From a virus, in IMG/VR virus record IMGVR_UViG_3300033075_000685: a stretch of 64,000 nt of DNA; one strand, 5' to 3'. The notes under the pieces are model-generated. The model had not been told where the DNA came from, made no database searches, and saw only the letters and a list, made by a program, of their open reading frames with translations. Below, piece by piece: positions 55,580-64,000 of the stretch; position 1 is the stretch's first letter, and each line of letters begins with the position of its first letter. The position numbers and the translations under genes were made by a program.

Positions 55580-56812
55580 ATGGCAACAACAACATTTTTA
55601 AAAATTAATGAACTTGGTCTTGTAACAGAAGTTACAGGAAGTCAAGAAATAGTAATTTATGATACAGATACTTTAGAAACTCTTAGATTAAATACTATTC
55701 TTTTAAGAAGTTTTGTTGCTAATACTTCTATGGAAGCATTAAATGTTGCAAATTTGTCATTAGTTATTGCAAATACTGCAAATACTGTTGCTAAAAATGC
55801 AAATAATGTTATTACGAACGCATTAATAACAACAAATAATGCTTTAACAATTGTTAATACTATTAATGTAATTGCTACTTCAGCAAATTCTACTGCAAAT
55901 TCTGCGAAAACCATTGCTATATCAGCATTTAACACTGTTAATATTGCGATTAATTCTGCAAATGGAATATTTGCAAATTTAGCAATGACAACTGCAAATA
56001 ATGCAAATACTAAAGCAAATTTATCATTAGAATTATCAATACTATCTTATAATACAGCAAATTCTGCAAATGCAACTGCCAATTTAGCATTAACAATCGG
56101 AACTAATGCATATAATAGAGCAAATACTGCAAATGCAACCGCCAATTTAGCATTAACAATCGGAACTAATGCATATAATAGAGCAAATACTGCAAATGCA
56201 ACCGCCAATTTAGCATTAATAACTGGAACTAATGCATATAATACAGCAAATACTGCAAATGCAATGGCTAATTTTGCAAATTCTTGGACAAGTTCATCTT
56301 TTACTGGTCCTATTTATGGTGGATTTGTTCCTAAAAATGCAACAATTAATTATGGAATTAAATCTACTTCTGATAATACAGTTTCTATATTTACAAGTGA
56401 CCAAAATAAACTGCATATAGATTCATCTGGAAATGTTGGAATAGGTTATACATCAACAGCATATAAATTAGCAGTAGATGGTAATGGATATTTTTCAAAT
56501 TCTATTTTTTCAAATTATATATTAGTTAATCCACAAACAACGAATTATTCACTTGAAACAACAGATTCTGGAAAATTAATTACAATGGATTCAGGATCAA
56601 ATCTACTTGTTACAATAAATTCTGTTAAAAATTTTCCAATTGGATTTAGATGTATTGTTATGAGATTAGGAACTGGAAGTGTTTCTATAGGTAATACAGG
56701 AAGTTCTTATTGGAAATCTCGATCAGGAGCAAATTCAATTCTTGATCAATATGGTTCTGCAAGTATTATTCATGTTTCAACAAATCAATTTATAATTGAT
56801 GGAGATATATAA
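55580..56812 (+). CDS. fibre protein with ANTA repeats
   Basis: ANTAN heptads, IDSSGNVGIG, ends IIDGDI. Confidence 0.75.
   Translation: MATTTFLKINELGLVTEVTGSQEIVIYDTDTLETLRLNTILLRSFVANTSMEALNVANLSLVIANTANTVAKNANNVITNALITTNNALTIVNTINVIATSANSTANSAKTIAISAFNTVNIAINSANGIFANLAMTTANNANTKANLSLELSILSYNTANSANATANLALTIGTNAYNRANTANATANLALTIGTNAYNRANTANATANLALITGTNAYNTANTANAMANFANSWTSSSFTGPIYGGFVPKNATINYGIKSTSDNTVSIFTSDQNKLHIDSSGNVGIGYTSTAYKLAVDGNGYFSNSIFSNYILVNPQTTNYSLETTDSGKLITMDSGSNLLVTINSVKNFPIGFRCIVMRLGTGSVSIGNTGSSYWKSRSGANSILDQYGSASIIHVSTNQFIIDGDI
56065..56263 (+). repeat. 63-nt tandem repeat x3 (ANATANLALTIGTNAYNRANT)
   Basis: Near-identical nucleotide copies. Confidence 0.85.
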
Positions 56813-57534
56813 TGTCGGGGTTACAAACAATAGTTTTAACTTCGGGTACTTCTTGGTCCAGACCAGCAAACTGTCCAAATATTCTCACCAGTGTTGAATG
56901 TTGGGGTGGTGGAGCTCCTGGTATTGATGCTGATAGTGCTGTATGTGCAGGTGGTGGAGGTGGAGCATATTCTGTAAAGTTAAATTATTCCATTGGTAAT
57001 CAATCATCAATTGCCATTCAAATTCCAGGTTCAACTACTTATAATAACAATCCAGTTGATACATGGTTTGATAATTCATCAACTGGAATACTTGCTAAAT
57101 CTGGTAGTGGTCAAAACGGAGGTGTTGCTGCATCATGTGTTGGAACTACTGCTTATTCTGGTGGACAAGGTGGTAATGGATCAGTATACGTTGGTGGCGG
57201 TGGTGGTGGTAGTGCAACAAAAAATAGTAATGGAAATAATGGTACTAATGGGAGCGCTGGCGGTACTGGTGGAAATGCAGGAACCGGTGGTGGATCAGGA
57301 GGAACAGCACCTAGAGGCAATGGTACATCTAATGTAGAAGGAGGTGGCGGTGGTGGTGGTAACGAATATTATAATACGGGAACATCAGGTGCAGGAGGAG
57401 CCCCTGGCGGTGGCGGCGGTGGTTCTGATTATGGATACGGATCATCTGGAGCTGGAGCACGAGGACAAATAAGAATAACATATTATCCTAGAACTGGAGT
57501 AATTTCAAGTCATTTATTAACACTTTGTAATTAA
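56812..57534 (+). CDS. glycine-rich tail-associated protein
   Basis: VECWGGG, GGGGGAYS, GARGQIRITY. Confidence 0.75.
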   Translation: MSGLQTIVLTSGTSWSRPANCPNILTSVECWGGGAPGIDADSAVCAGGGGGAYSVKLNYSIGNQSSIAIQIPGSTTYNNNPVDTWFDNSSTGILAKSGSGQNGGVAASCVGTTAYSGGQGGNGSVYVGGGGGGSATKNSNGNNGTNGSAGGTGGNAGTGGGSGGTAPRGNGTSNVEGGGGGGGNEYYNTGTSGAGGAPGGGGGGSDYGYGSSGAGARGQIRITYYPRTGVISSHLLTLCN

Positions 57535-58199
57535 TTTTTTTGTTCATATGGAAAATGTGGAAAATTCCATCCATTAGGAAATAATTTATTTTTAGGGAAT
57601 CTATAAGCATTAAAAAAATGTGTATATGGAATTAATTTATCAACAATTCTTTCTTGATATAAATTTTCATAATTTTTATCTTTTAAGTAAATAGAAACAG
57701 AATCAAGACATTCTGCTGGATGTGATCTATTTGCAATATAACATTCTAAAACTGAAGTATTATATCCATTTCTTTTTGCCCAAACTTCTAATGCTTTTGG
57801 TGCATCTGGATAAAATCTCCAACAATCAACTGGAAATTGATGATAACACATCGAAGAACTTGGTGCATTACAATACATAATTCCATCGGGTTTAAGAATT
57901 CTTAAACATTCTAAATAAGTTAACCAAAATAATTCAGAATGTTCAAAACATGAACTTGTAACTAATACATCAAAAGTATCATTTTCGAAAGGAAATTGAT
58001 AAGGATCGTTAAGAACAATATCTACTCCGGGTCCGGGAGAAAAATCAATTCCTGTATAAGTAGTTATATTTTTTGGTACTATATCTCTTAACGATCCATT
58101 AACATCATAAGAACCAATTTCAACTACTTTTAACTTATTTTGATTTTTACAATAAATTTCAAAAAAAAGTTTAGCATGATTAAGAGCATTTTGATGCAT
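57531..58199 (-). CDS. class I SAM-dependent methyltransferase
   Basis: VVEIGS, YTGID...GPGVD, FD...SS.FEH, RILKPDG, H.FPVDCWRF. Confidence 0.88.
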   Translation of the reverse strand: MHQNALNHAKLFFEIYCKNQNKLKVVEIGSYDVNGSLRDIVPKNITTYTGIDFSPGPGVDIVLNDPYQFPFENDTFDVLVTSSCFEHSELFWLTYLECLRILKPDGIMYCNAPSSSMCYHQFPVDCWRFYPDAPKALEVWAKRNGYNTSVLECYIANRSHPAECLDSVSIYLKDKNYENLYQERIVDKLIPYTHFFNAYRFPKNKLFPNGWNFPHFPYEQKN

Positions 58200-61100
58200 T
58201 TATATTATTCTCCCGACTTTAACAAAATGATAATCTGCATCTGGTCCAGCATTACAAAATGGTTCTGTATTGACTAGATCAAATCCTGTTAAATGTAAGT
58301 AATCAATAACTTCGGTTTTTAATGGGGCTCCTTTATTATATTCAACAGATTGTAATTCTAATATTAAATGTTGACATGATTTTAACGTTTCTTTAGCACC
58401 TTTTAATATGTCTAATTCGGCTCCTTGAACATCCATTTTAATTAAATCGGGTAATGGAAAATTATTTTCTTTAACAATTGTATCTAATGTTTTAGTTATT
58501 ATTACAGTTAATGTTTCATCTGGAAAATAAAGTTCGGATTCTGGATTAACTTCAACATTTTCTCTATAATATGAATTTCCCCCAGGATGTGTTACATTTT
58601 TATAAAAATTTACTTTTTTATTATCATAATCACTTAAAACCCCATTATAATGTAATAAATTATTATTCTCATACAAAAATTTAGTTTCTTCCATTGCTTC
58701 AAAAACAACGAAAGTTGCATTATTCCAAACTAATTTCGCTTCATTTGTCCAATGTAACACACACGCACCAATATCATAAATGACTTTAGGGAAAATATTT
58801 AAAGTATTTTTCATATAATGTAAATAATTAATATGCGGTAATGGTAATAATCGTTGATTACCTAATTCTATTAATCTTGCTTTAATAGAATTTAAATGTT
58901 CTGTTTTTTGTTCTGGTTCAATAATTGAAAATATTTTTTCCCCAATATGATTACATTTTATTGAAGTATCTGCCCAAATTTTAAACCCTTTATTAATTGC
59001 TTTTTTACAAAAATCAGTATCTTCAGAAATTGTATCTTTATGATTAATTGCAGAATAATATTCAAATTGTGGATATCCAATGTTAACAAAAACTTCTTTT
59101 TTTACAAGAACACACCCAAATCCACAACTAGAAATTTCAATTAATCCTTTATTCGTTATATCTTCATAATTAATTCTTCCGTTTGGACCATATAATTCAA
59201 GATTATGTGTGTTTGGAAGTCGTTGAATGTATAATCCAGACACAACATCCTTATTATGTGATAATAATTTAACTAATGTGTCGTTTGAAAAAGTAATATC
59301 AGAATCAACTGCAAATAAATAATCAAACCCTTTTATAACCCAATCAGCAATTAAATTTCTTATCTGTGCAATATTATATCCATGAAAATATTGAAATTGT
59401 ACTTTATATCCATTAGGTATAATTAAATCATAAATTGATTTAAAAGTTTCTGATTCAATGTATTTTGCAGTTGGAATAGCAATTAAAATAGTTTTAATAG
59501 GATTGTTAATCATTTCAAAATTCGATTTTATATTCATATATAATTTATGTTCTTTATCAAGAAATCCTTCTACTAACGAAGTATCAGAAGTGGTTGTTGC
59601 AAAAGGAGAAGTAAATTTCATATTTGTAATTATATAATTTGTTTTACCATTATATAATGCAATATCAAAAATAAAATTATCTCCAAAATATATTTTAAGT
59701 TCGGGTGGAATAGGAACCCAATTATCTTTATTTATAAACATCAAACAACCAAATCCATATGTATGTTCATTATTCCAAGGTTTAATCTCAATTTCTTGTG
59801 TAGTTATTGATGGTTGATTAAAATCAGATTCTCCTGGACATAATCCAATTACACCAAAAGATTGTTCATAATATGGGTCAACTTTTTCAAAAAGTTTAGT
59901 ATCAAATTCTATATCATCATTCATAATACATATTTTATTTGTAGTAGATTGTTCTACTCCATGATTCCATGCTGGATTTACAAAAATATTTTTACCAAAT
60001 GATTTAATTATTATTTTTGGGTGTGATAATATAACATTTTGTGGACGATGTTGTTCATCATTATCAATAATAATAATATTTTCTACATACTCTGATATAA
60101 CCAGATCATTCAAAAATGAACAAAATTTATTATATCTCCACATTGTAGGAATAATAATATTGTATTTTTCTCTTATTATATTCACTGAAGGTAAATAATA
60201 TTGCTTATAATGATCTATTTGAGTGTTTAGTAGATAATATATATTTGGATTATTATATACGATCCAATGTTCATATGCATACCTTCCTTCATATTTACTA
60301 TATTGTTCTGTATTATTTGGATGAGGCAATGATTTAATATATTTTCCTGTTGCCCACCAAAAATTACCACTCATTACATTTACAGTATTTTTATCTTTAA
60401 TTCCTATTAAATCATATGAATCTAAATAATCTATACATTTATTACAATTAGTTATGTGAAAATAATTTAAAATATCAAACCAATCTTTTTGATAAGGAGT
60501 AAATAGATTAATACCTTTTGTATGAATATACAAGATTTTTTTATTTTCATCTTGTTGCGCCGAATCATAAATATAATTCAATATATGTTGTTCATAAATA
60601 TTTTCTTCTTCAGTATCTCTAATATTTAAAATATTAACAAATGGATATTTAAGTCGAAAGTATTCTTTAATTTTATCTTCAAATGTATATGTACTATTTT
60701 CAGTTAATCCTGGATTTTCTCCATTTGGTAAAAATTGAAAAATTCCATATGAAGTTTTATATTTTGGCATGGTTATTGCGACATTAATTTGTGCAATATC
60801 ATTTAATTTAGAATTGATAATTAATTTTAATTGCTCATCTATCCACCAAAAAGAATATAAAGCATGTTCATTATCAGGAATGAAGATATAATAAAATACT
60901 TCAATTGTTGAAGAAGTTGATTTCAATATAAATTCTACATTTTTTGTTTGTTCTAATTGATTAACTTTATAATCATTTAGTGGATTTATATCATTATAAA
61001 AACAAACTATATCAGAAATTGCCTTAACTTTATTTGGATGTGCTTGTTCTATAATATTATAAAAAGTTGCATTATCTCCACCTGCTCTAAACCAATCTCC

Positions 61101-61670
61101 ATTCTTATCTTTAAAAACTGATTCTTGTATATTATTGATTAAATATTTTTTAAATGTTCGTAAATGAGTATATGGAATATTCCAATTAAATTTATATTGT
61201 TTATACAATTTATTTTTTTTAATATTTGGAGGATATTCTTGTGCAATTAACGGAATATTATCTGCTAATGACCAACAACTACCATATGTAAATTCTGTTG
61301 TTCCATCGTATAAATCATTATAAAAATTAAAAATATTTGGATTTGTATATAATGCATCATCTCCGTCTAATAACATAATAATAGATTCTTCTGTAATAAA
61401 AATATGTTTTAATGTGTTAATTTGATTATGAACAGCACCAAGATTTTCTTTATTTGATATAACAATAAATTTATCTTTAATATTATTTGATAAAGAATTA
61501 ATTTTATTAATAACAACTGTTAATGACTGATCCGTAGAACAATCATTAATTAAAAAATGTAAATAATTTTTATAATCTTGACTTGCGACTGAATGAATAC
61601 ATTTTTCAATATACTTTTCACAATTATAAAATGGAGAAATTACTACAATCTGTTGTTCTATTTTTTTCAT
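58200..61670 (-). CDS. multidomain glycosyltransferase (several GT2-like domains) fused to FkbM methyltransferase
   Basis: ISPFYN..INDCSTD..LDGDD; YIHTKG..NFWWA; IPTMWR..NDDI; IAIPT..VDSDI; YDIGA..KMDVQGAE. Confidence 0.88.
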   Translation of the reverse strand: MKKIEQQIVVISPFYNCEKYIEKCIHSVASQDYKNYLHFLINDCSTDQSLTVVINKINSLSNNIKDKFIVISNKENLGAVHNQINTLKHIFITEESIIMLLDGDDALYTNPNIFNFYNDLYDGTTEFTYGSCWSLADNIPLIAQEYPPNIKKNKLYKQYKFNWNIPYTHLRTFKKYLINNIQESVFKDKNGDWFRAGGDNATFYNIIEQAHPNKVKAISDIVCFYNDINPLNDYKVNQLEQTKNVEFILKSTSSTIEVFYYIFIPDNEHALYSFWWIDEQLKLIINSKLNDIAQINVAITMPKYKTSYGIFQFLPNGENPGLTENSTYTFEDKIKEYFRLKYPFVNILNIRDTEEENIYEQHILNYIYDSAQQDENKKILYIHTKGINLFTPYQKDWFDILNYFHITNCNKCIDYLDSYDLIGIKDKNTVNVMSGNFWWATGKYIKSLPHPNNTEQYSKYEGRYAYEHWIVYNNPNIYYLLNTQIDHYKQYYLPSVNIIREKYNIIIPTMWRYNKFCSFLNDLVISEYVENIIIIDNDEQHRPQNVILSHPKIIIKSFGKNIFVNPAWNHGVEQSTTNKICIMNDDIEFDTKLFEKVDPYYEQSFGVIGLCPGESDFNQPSITTQEIEIKPWNNEHTYGFGCLMFINKDNWVPIPPELKIYFGDNFIFDIALYNGKTNYIITNMKFTSPFATTTSDTSLVEGFLDKEHKLYMNIKSNFEMINNPIKTILIAIPTAKYIESETFKSIYDLIIPNGYKVQFQYFHGYNIAQIRNLIADWVIKGFDYLFAVDSDITFSNDTLVKLLSHNKDVVSGLYIQRLPNTHNLELYGPNGRINYEDITNKGLIEISSCGFGCVLVKKEVFVNIGYPQFEYYSAINHKDTISEDTDFCKKAINKGFKIWADTSIKCNHIGEKIFSIIEPEQKTEHLNSIKARLIELGNQRLLPLPHINYLHYMKNTLNIFPKVIYDIGACVLHWTNEAKLVWNNATFVVFEAMEETKFLYENNNLLHYNGVLSDYDNKKVNFYKNVTHPGGNSYYRENVEVNPESELYFPDETLTVIITKTLDTIVKENNFPLPDLIKMDVQGAELDILKGAKETLKSCQHLILELQSVEYNKGAPLKTEVIDYLHLTGFDLVNTEPFCNAGPDADYHFVKVGRII

Positions 61671-62971
61671 ACAAAATCTTCCGCATTACAAAATCTTCTA
61701 TTAAAAATTTTTTTAACTCTTTGTCTTATTGTTTTAACTTTTTGGTATTCTTCAATTGATAAATTTGACATAAATTTTCTATAAAAATGCTCTTTCCATT
61801 CTAATGCAATTGTATCCCAAGTACAGATATCTTTAATTTGATTACAAGCATACATTTTTTGTTGATGTAAATAAGTGTCATTATATGCTTGTAAAGTTAA
61901 ATTAATAAATTTTATACATTGTTCTTCTATATTAATATGAGGAAATAAATTATTTGGTTCTATTGGATAATTTATTTTATATGAAGCAATATCTATAGCA
62001 GTTTCTTCTAATGCACCAAATCTACAGGTTATTGGAGTAACATTATGTGCAAGTGCTTCTAGGGTTGAAATTCCAAACGTTTCTGGAAAGGAACAAGGAT
62101 ATATAAAAAAAGATGCTTTTTCAAGAATATCAGAAATTTCTTGTTGAGTAATTACTCCTGTAAAGGTAATGTTTAAATTTTTATTTTCATATTCTTTTTT
62201 TAAATTAATCCAATCGGATTCTTGCTTATCTGGTGGTGCATTTTTTCTAAATCTATAAAATCCTCCAATAACAATTAATTTTGCATTAGGAATATTTTGT
62301 TTTACTGGTTCCCAAATTTTAGTAATTAATGGATACATTCCTTTTGTAAAACTAGCATTATATACAAATAGATTATGATCTTTATTTTTAATATCAATCC
62401 AATCTTTATATTTTTGTATTCCATTTCTAGTTTGAAAAATATATGGTTTTAGAACTTCAAACATTCGTTTTTTACCATGTTGACAAGTTGTTATATAAGA
62501 AGTATGAAAATCAGAAAGTGTAAATATTTCATTAATATGACCTTCAATCACCAATTCTTCTAATAATTCATCACCAACAAGAAAAGTGTCATGTAACCAA
62601 ATAATTTTTAATTTTGCTTGTTGTCTTAGTTTTTCAAATAATTCAGGATAAAATTTATTATCTTTTTGTTGTCTTGCCCAATCATAATATTTCTCTGGAA
62701 CTAATGGAGTAACTGTTCTTGATGAGATTACAATATCAAAAATCGTAGTTTCATTTTGTAATGATAAAATGGGTTTAAATTCAACTCCATCATAAATTCC
62801 TGGAGAAACGTTATCATCTTCACAATTATTAAAAACCGTAACAGAAAATCCTAATTTTACTAATTCTTTTGAAATTAAAATTATAGCACTTTCTGATCCA
62901 CCTAATCCATATTTAGTTAAAGAATTTCCATCATATACAAGTCCAATAGTATCAATAATTGCAATATTCAT
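61667..62971 (-). CDS. GT-B (family 4-like) glycosyltransferase
   Basis: GLGGSE, WLHD, LSDFH, YPCSFPETFGISTLEA. Confidence 0.88.
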   Translation of the reverse strand: MNIAIIDTIGLVYDGNSLTKYGLGGSESAIILISKELVKLGFSVTVFNNCEDDNVSPGIYDGVEFKPILSLQNETTIFDIVISSRTVTPLVPEKYYDWARQQKDNKFYPELFEKLRQQAKLKIIWLHDTFLVGDELLEELVIEGHINEIFTLSDFHTSYITTCQHGKKRMFEVLKPYIFQTRNGIQKYKDWIDIKNKDHNLFVYNASFTKGMYPLITKIWEPVKQNIPNAKLIVIGGFYRFRKNAPPDKQESDWINLKKEYENKNLNITFTGVITQQEISDILEKASFFIYPCSFPETFGISTLEALAHNVTPITCRFGALEETAIDIASYKINYPIEPNNLFPHINIEEQCIKFINLTLQAYNDTYLHQQKMYACNQIKDICTWDTIALEWKEHFYRKFMSNLSIEEYQKVKTIRQRVKKIFNRRFCNAEDFV

Positions 62972-63001
62972 ATGTCACCAATTAATTTAAATTATAAAAA
63001 G

Positions 63002-63009
63002 TATAAATA
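63002..63009 (+). promoter_or_regulatory. T4-type late promoter
   Basis: TATAAATA upstream of 63035; same motif at 15435, 17029, 20292, 21687. Confidence 0.75.
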
Positions 63010-63034
63010 GTTATAAACAAACAAAGGAAAATAA

Positions 63035-63367
63035 ATGGCTTCTGCTTATTTAGACTTATTTATTGATCAAGGAGAAGACTTCTCTGCTACATTATCTTTA
63101 TCAGGATTGAATAATGTTAGTTATAATTTAGATACTTATACAGCAAGAAGTGAAATTAAACGATCTGCTTGGTCAGTAAATACAACAACATCATTTGAAA
63201 CAAATATTGCAAATAATGAAATAACATTATCATTACCATCGGCAAACACAACATTATTAACAAAATCTTCGTATTCTTATGATGTTATGTTAACAAATTC
63301 AGAAACAAACATTACTTCAAAGATATTAGAAGGAATAATTTTTGTAACCCCTAGTATTTCTATATAG
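63035..63367 (+). CDS. conserved virion protein (BppU-like Ig fold)
   Basis: L.IDQG.DF, ITLSL....T..L....Y.YDV, KILEG...VTP. Confidence 0.7.
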   Translation: MASAYLDLFIDQGEDFSATLSLSGLNNVSYNLDTYTARSEIKRSAWSVNTTTSFETNIANNEITLSLPSANTTLLTKSSYSYDVMLTNSETNITSKILEGIIFVTPSISI

Positions 63368-63375
63368 GTATTAAA

Positions 63376-63642
63376 ATGTCACTTAAAGCCGTTTCAGTAA
63401 GATATAACGATACTCAACCTCATGTAGATTCTATAATTTATAATAATAACATTTTATTAAAAGTCTCAGAGACATCTACTCATAAAATTAAAAATTTTTC
63501 TTTTGGGGGTGGAGTAACTAAATTATCTCAACTATCTGATGTATTGTCTGTTAATCCTCAACAAGATGATATTTTAATTTATAACACATCAGTAAATAAA
63601 TATGTAAATAATAAATTAAATTTAGATTTTGGGGAATATTAA
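63376..63642 (+). CDS. hypothetical virion protein
   Basis: LSQLSDV...DILIYN...LDFGEY. Confidence 0.7.
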   Translation: MSLKAVSVRYNDTQPHVDSIIYNNNILLKVSETSTHKIKNFSFGGGVTKLSQLSDVLSVNPQQDDILIYNTSVNKYVNNKLNLDFGEY

Positions 63643-63692
63643 ATTTTTCACTCTTTAAATAAAGAGTTAATTTTCCTTATATAAGGATATAT

Positions 63693-64000
63693 ATGGCTAA
63701 TACACAAACTATTCAATTTAAACGATCTTCTGTACCCGGAAAAATTCCATCTGCAAATGCAATTTCTATTGGTGAACTTGCATTAAATCTTAATGATAAA
63801 ATTATTTATTCTAAAGATACAACCGGAAATATAATATCATTTACTGATCCATCTACTGCTACAATTGCAAGTTTGGCATTTGAAAAAGCAAATTCTGCTT
63901 ATACTGTTGCAAACCAATCAATAATATTTGGAAATACTGAAGTATTTTTGGGACAAACAAAAAATGAAATTATTGGATTAAATAGTCTTGAAAGTAATTC
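63693..64000 (+). CDS. tail fibre protein, N-terminal part (runs off right edge)
   Basis: MANTQTIQFKRSSVPGKIPSANAISIGELALNLNDKIIYSKD. Confidence 0.8.
   Translation, partial: MANTQTIQFKRSSVPGKIPSANAISIGELALNLNDKIIYSKDTTGNIISFTDPSTATIASLAFEKANSAYTVANQSIIFGNTEVFLGQTKNEIIGLNSLESN

Noticed and set aside
170..61784. Numerous short antisense or alternate-frame ORFs nested in long genes (e.g. 170..460, 23406..23750, 49505..49909, 52500..53105)
   Set aside because: Shadows of repetitive or Gly-rich coding sequence, with no SD or motif support.

Overview
AT-rich segment of a large T4-like myovirus, probably infecting a Proteobacterium (sigma70 promoters, an exact rrn boxA, T4-type TATAAATA late promoters). 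The left part (1-15.2 kb, minus strand) is a translation-related accessory island. It holds 26 tRNA genes covering all 20 amino acids, and the leader of this array has tandem promoters, a 39-codon ORF containing all 20 amino acids, overlapping antiterminator/terminator hairpins and a boxA. The island also has seven copies of an unnamed small structured RNA (covarying closing stem, conserved CAGCAA, often a tRNA-arm-like hairpin) next to a DUF2828/vWA (Ro60/TROVE-like) gene split by a GIY-YIG endonuclease. It further encodes a domain-1-less RF1-type release factor with an in-frame UGA at a conserved Trp position and an RNase H-like protein. The middle part (15.4-22.7 kb) encodes a DenV-like glycosylase, PhoH, an exonuclease, RlpA, gp33, gp59 and gp32. 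The right part is the tail/baseplate module (tape measure-like protein, gp26 with a probable -1 frameshift into gp51, gp54, gp2, gp4, gp48, gp53, gp27-like, gp5, gp25, gp6, gp7, gp8, DUF4815-like), followed by Ala/Asn/Thr- and Gly-rich fibre proteins and an inverted glycosyltransferase/methyltransferase cassette. All calls come from reading motifs by eye; no database searches or folding programs were run.
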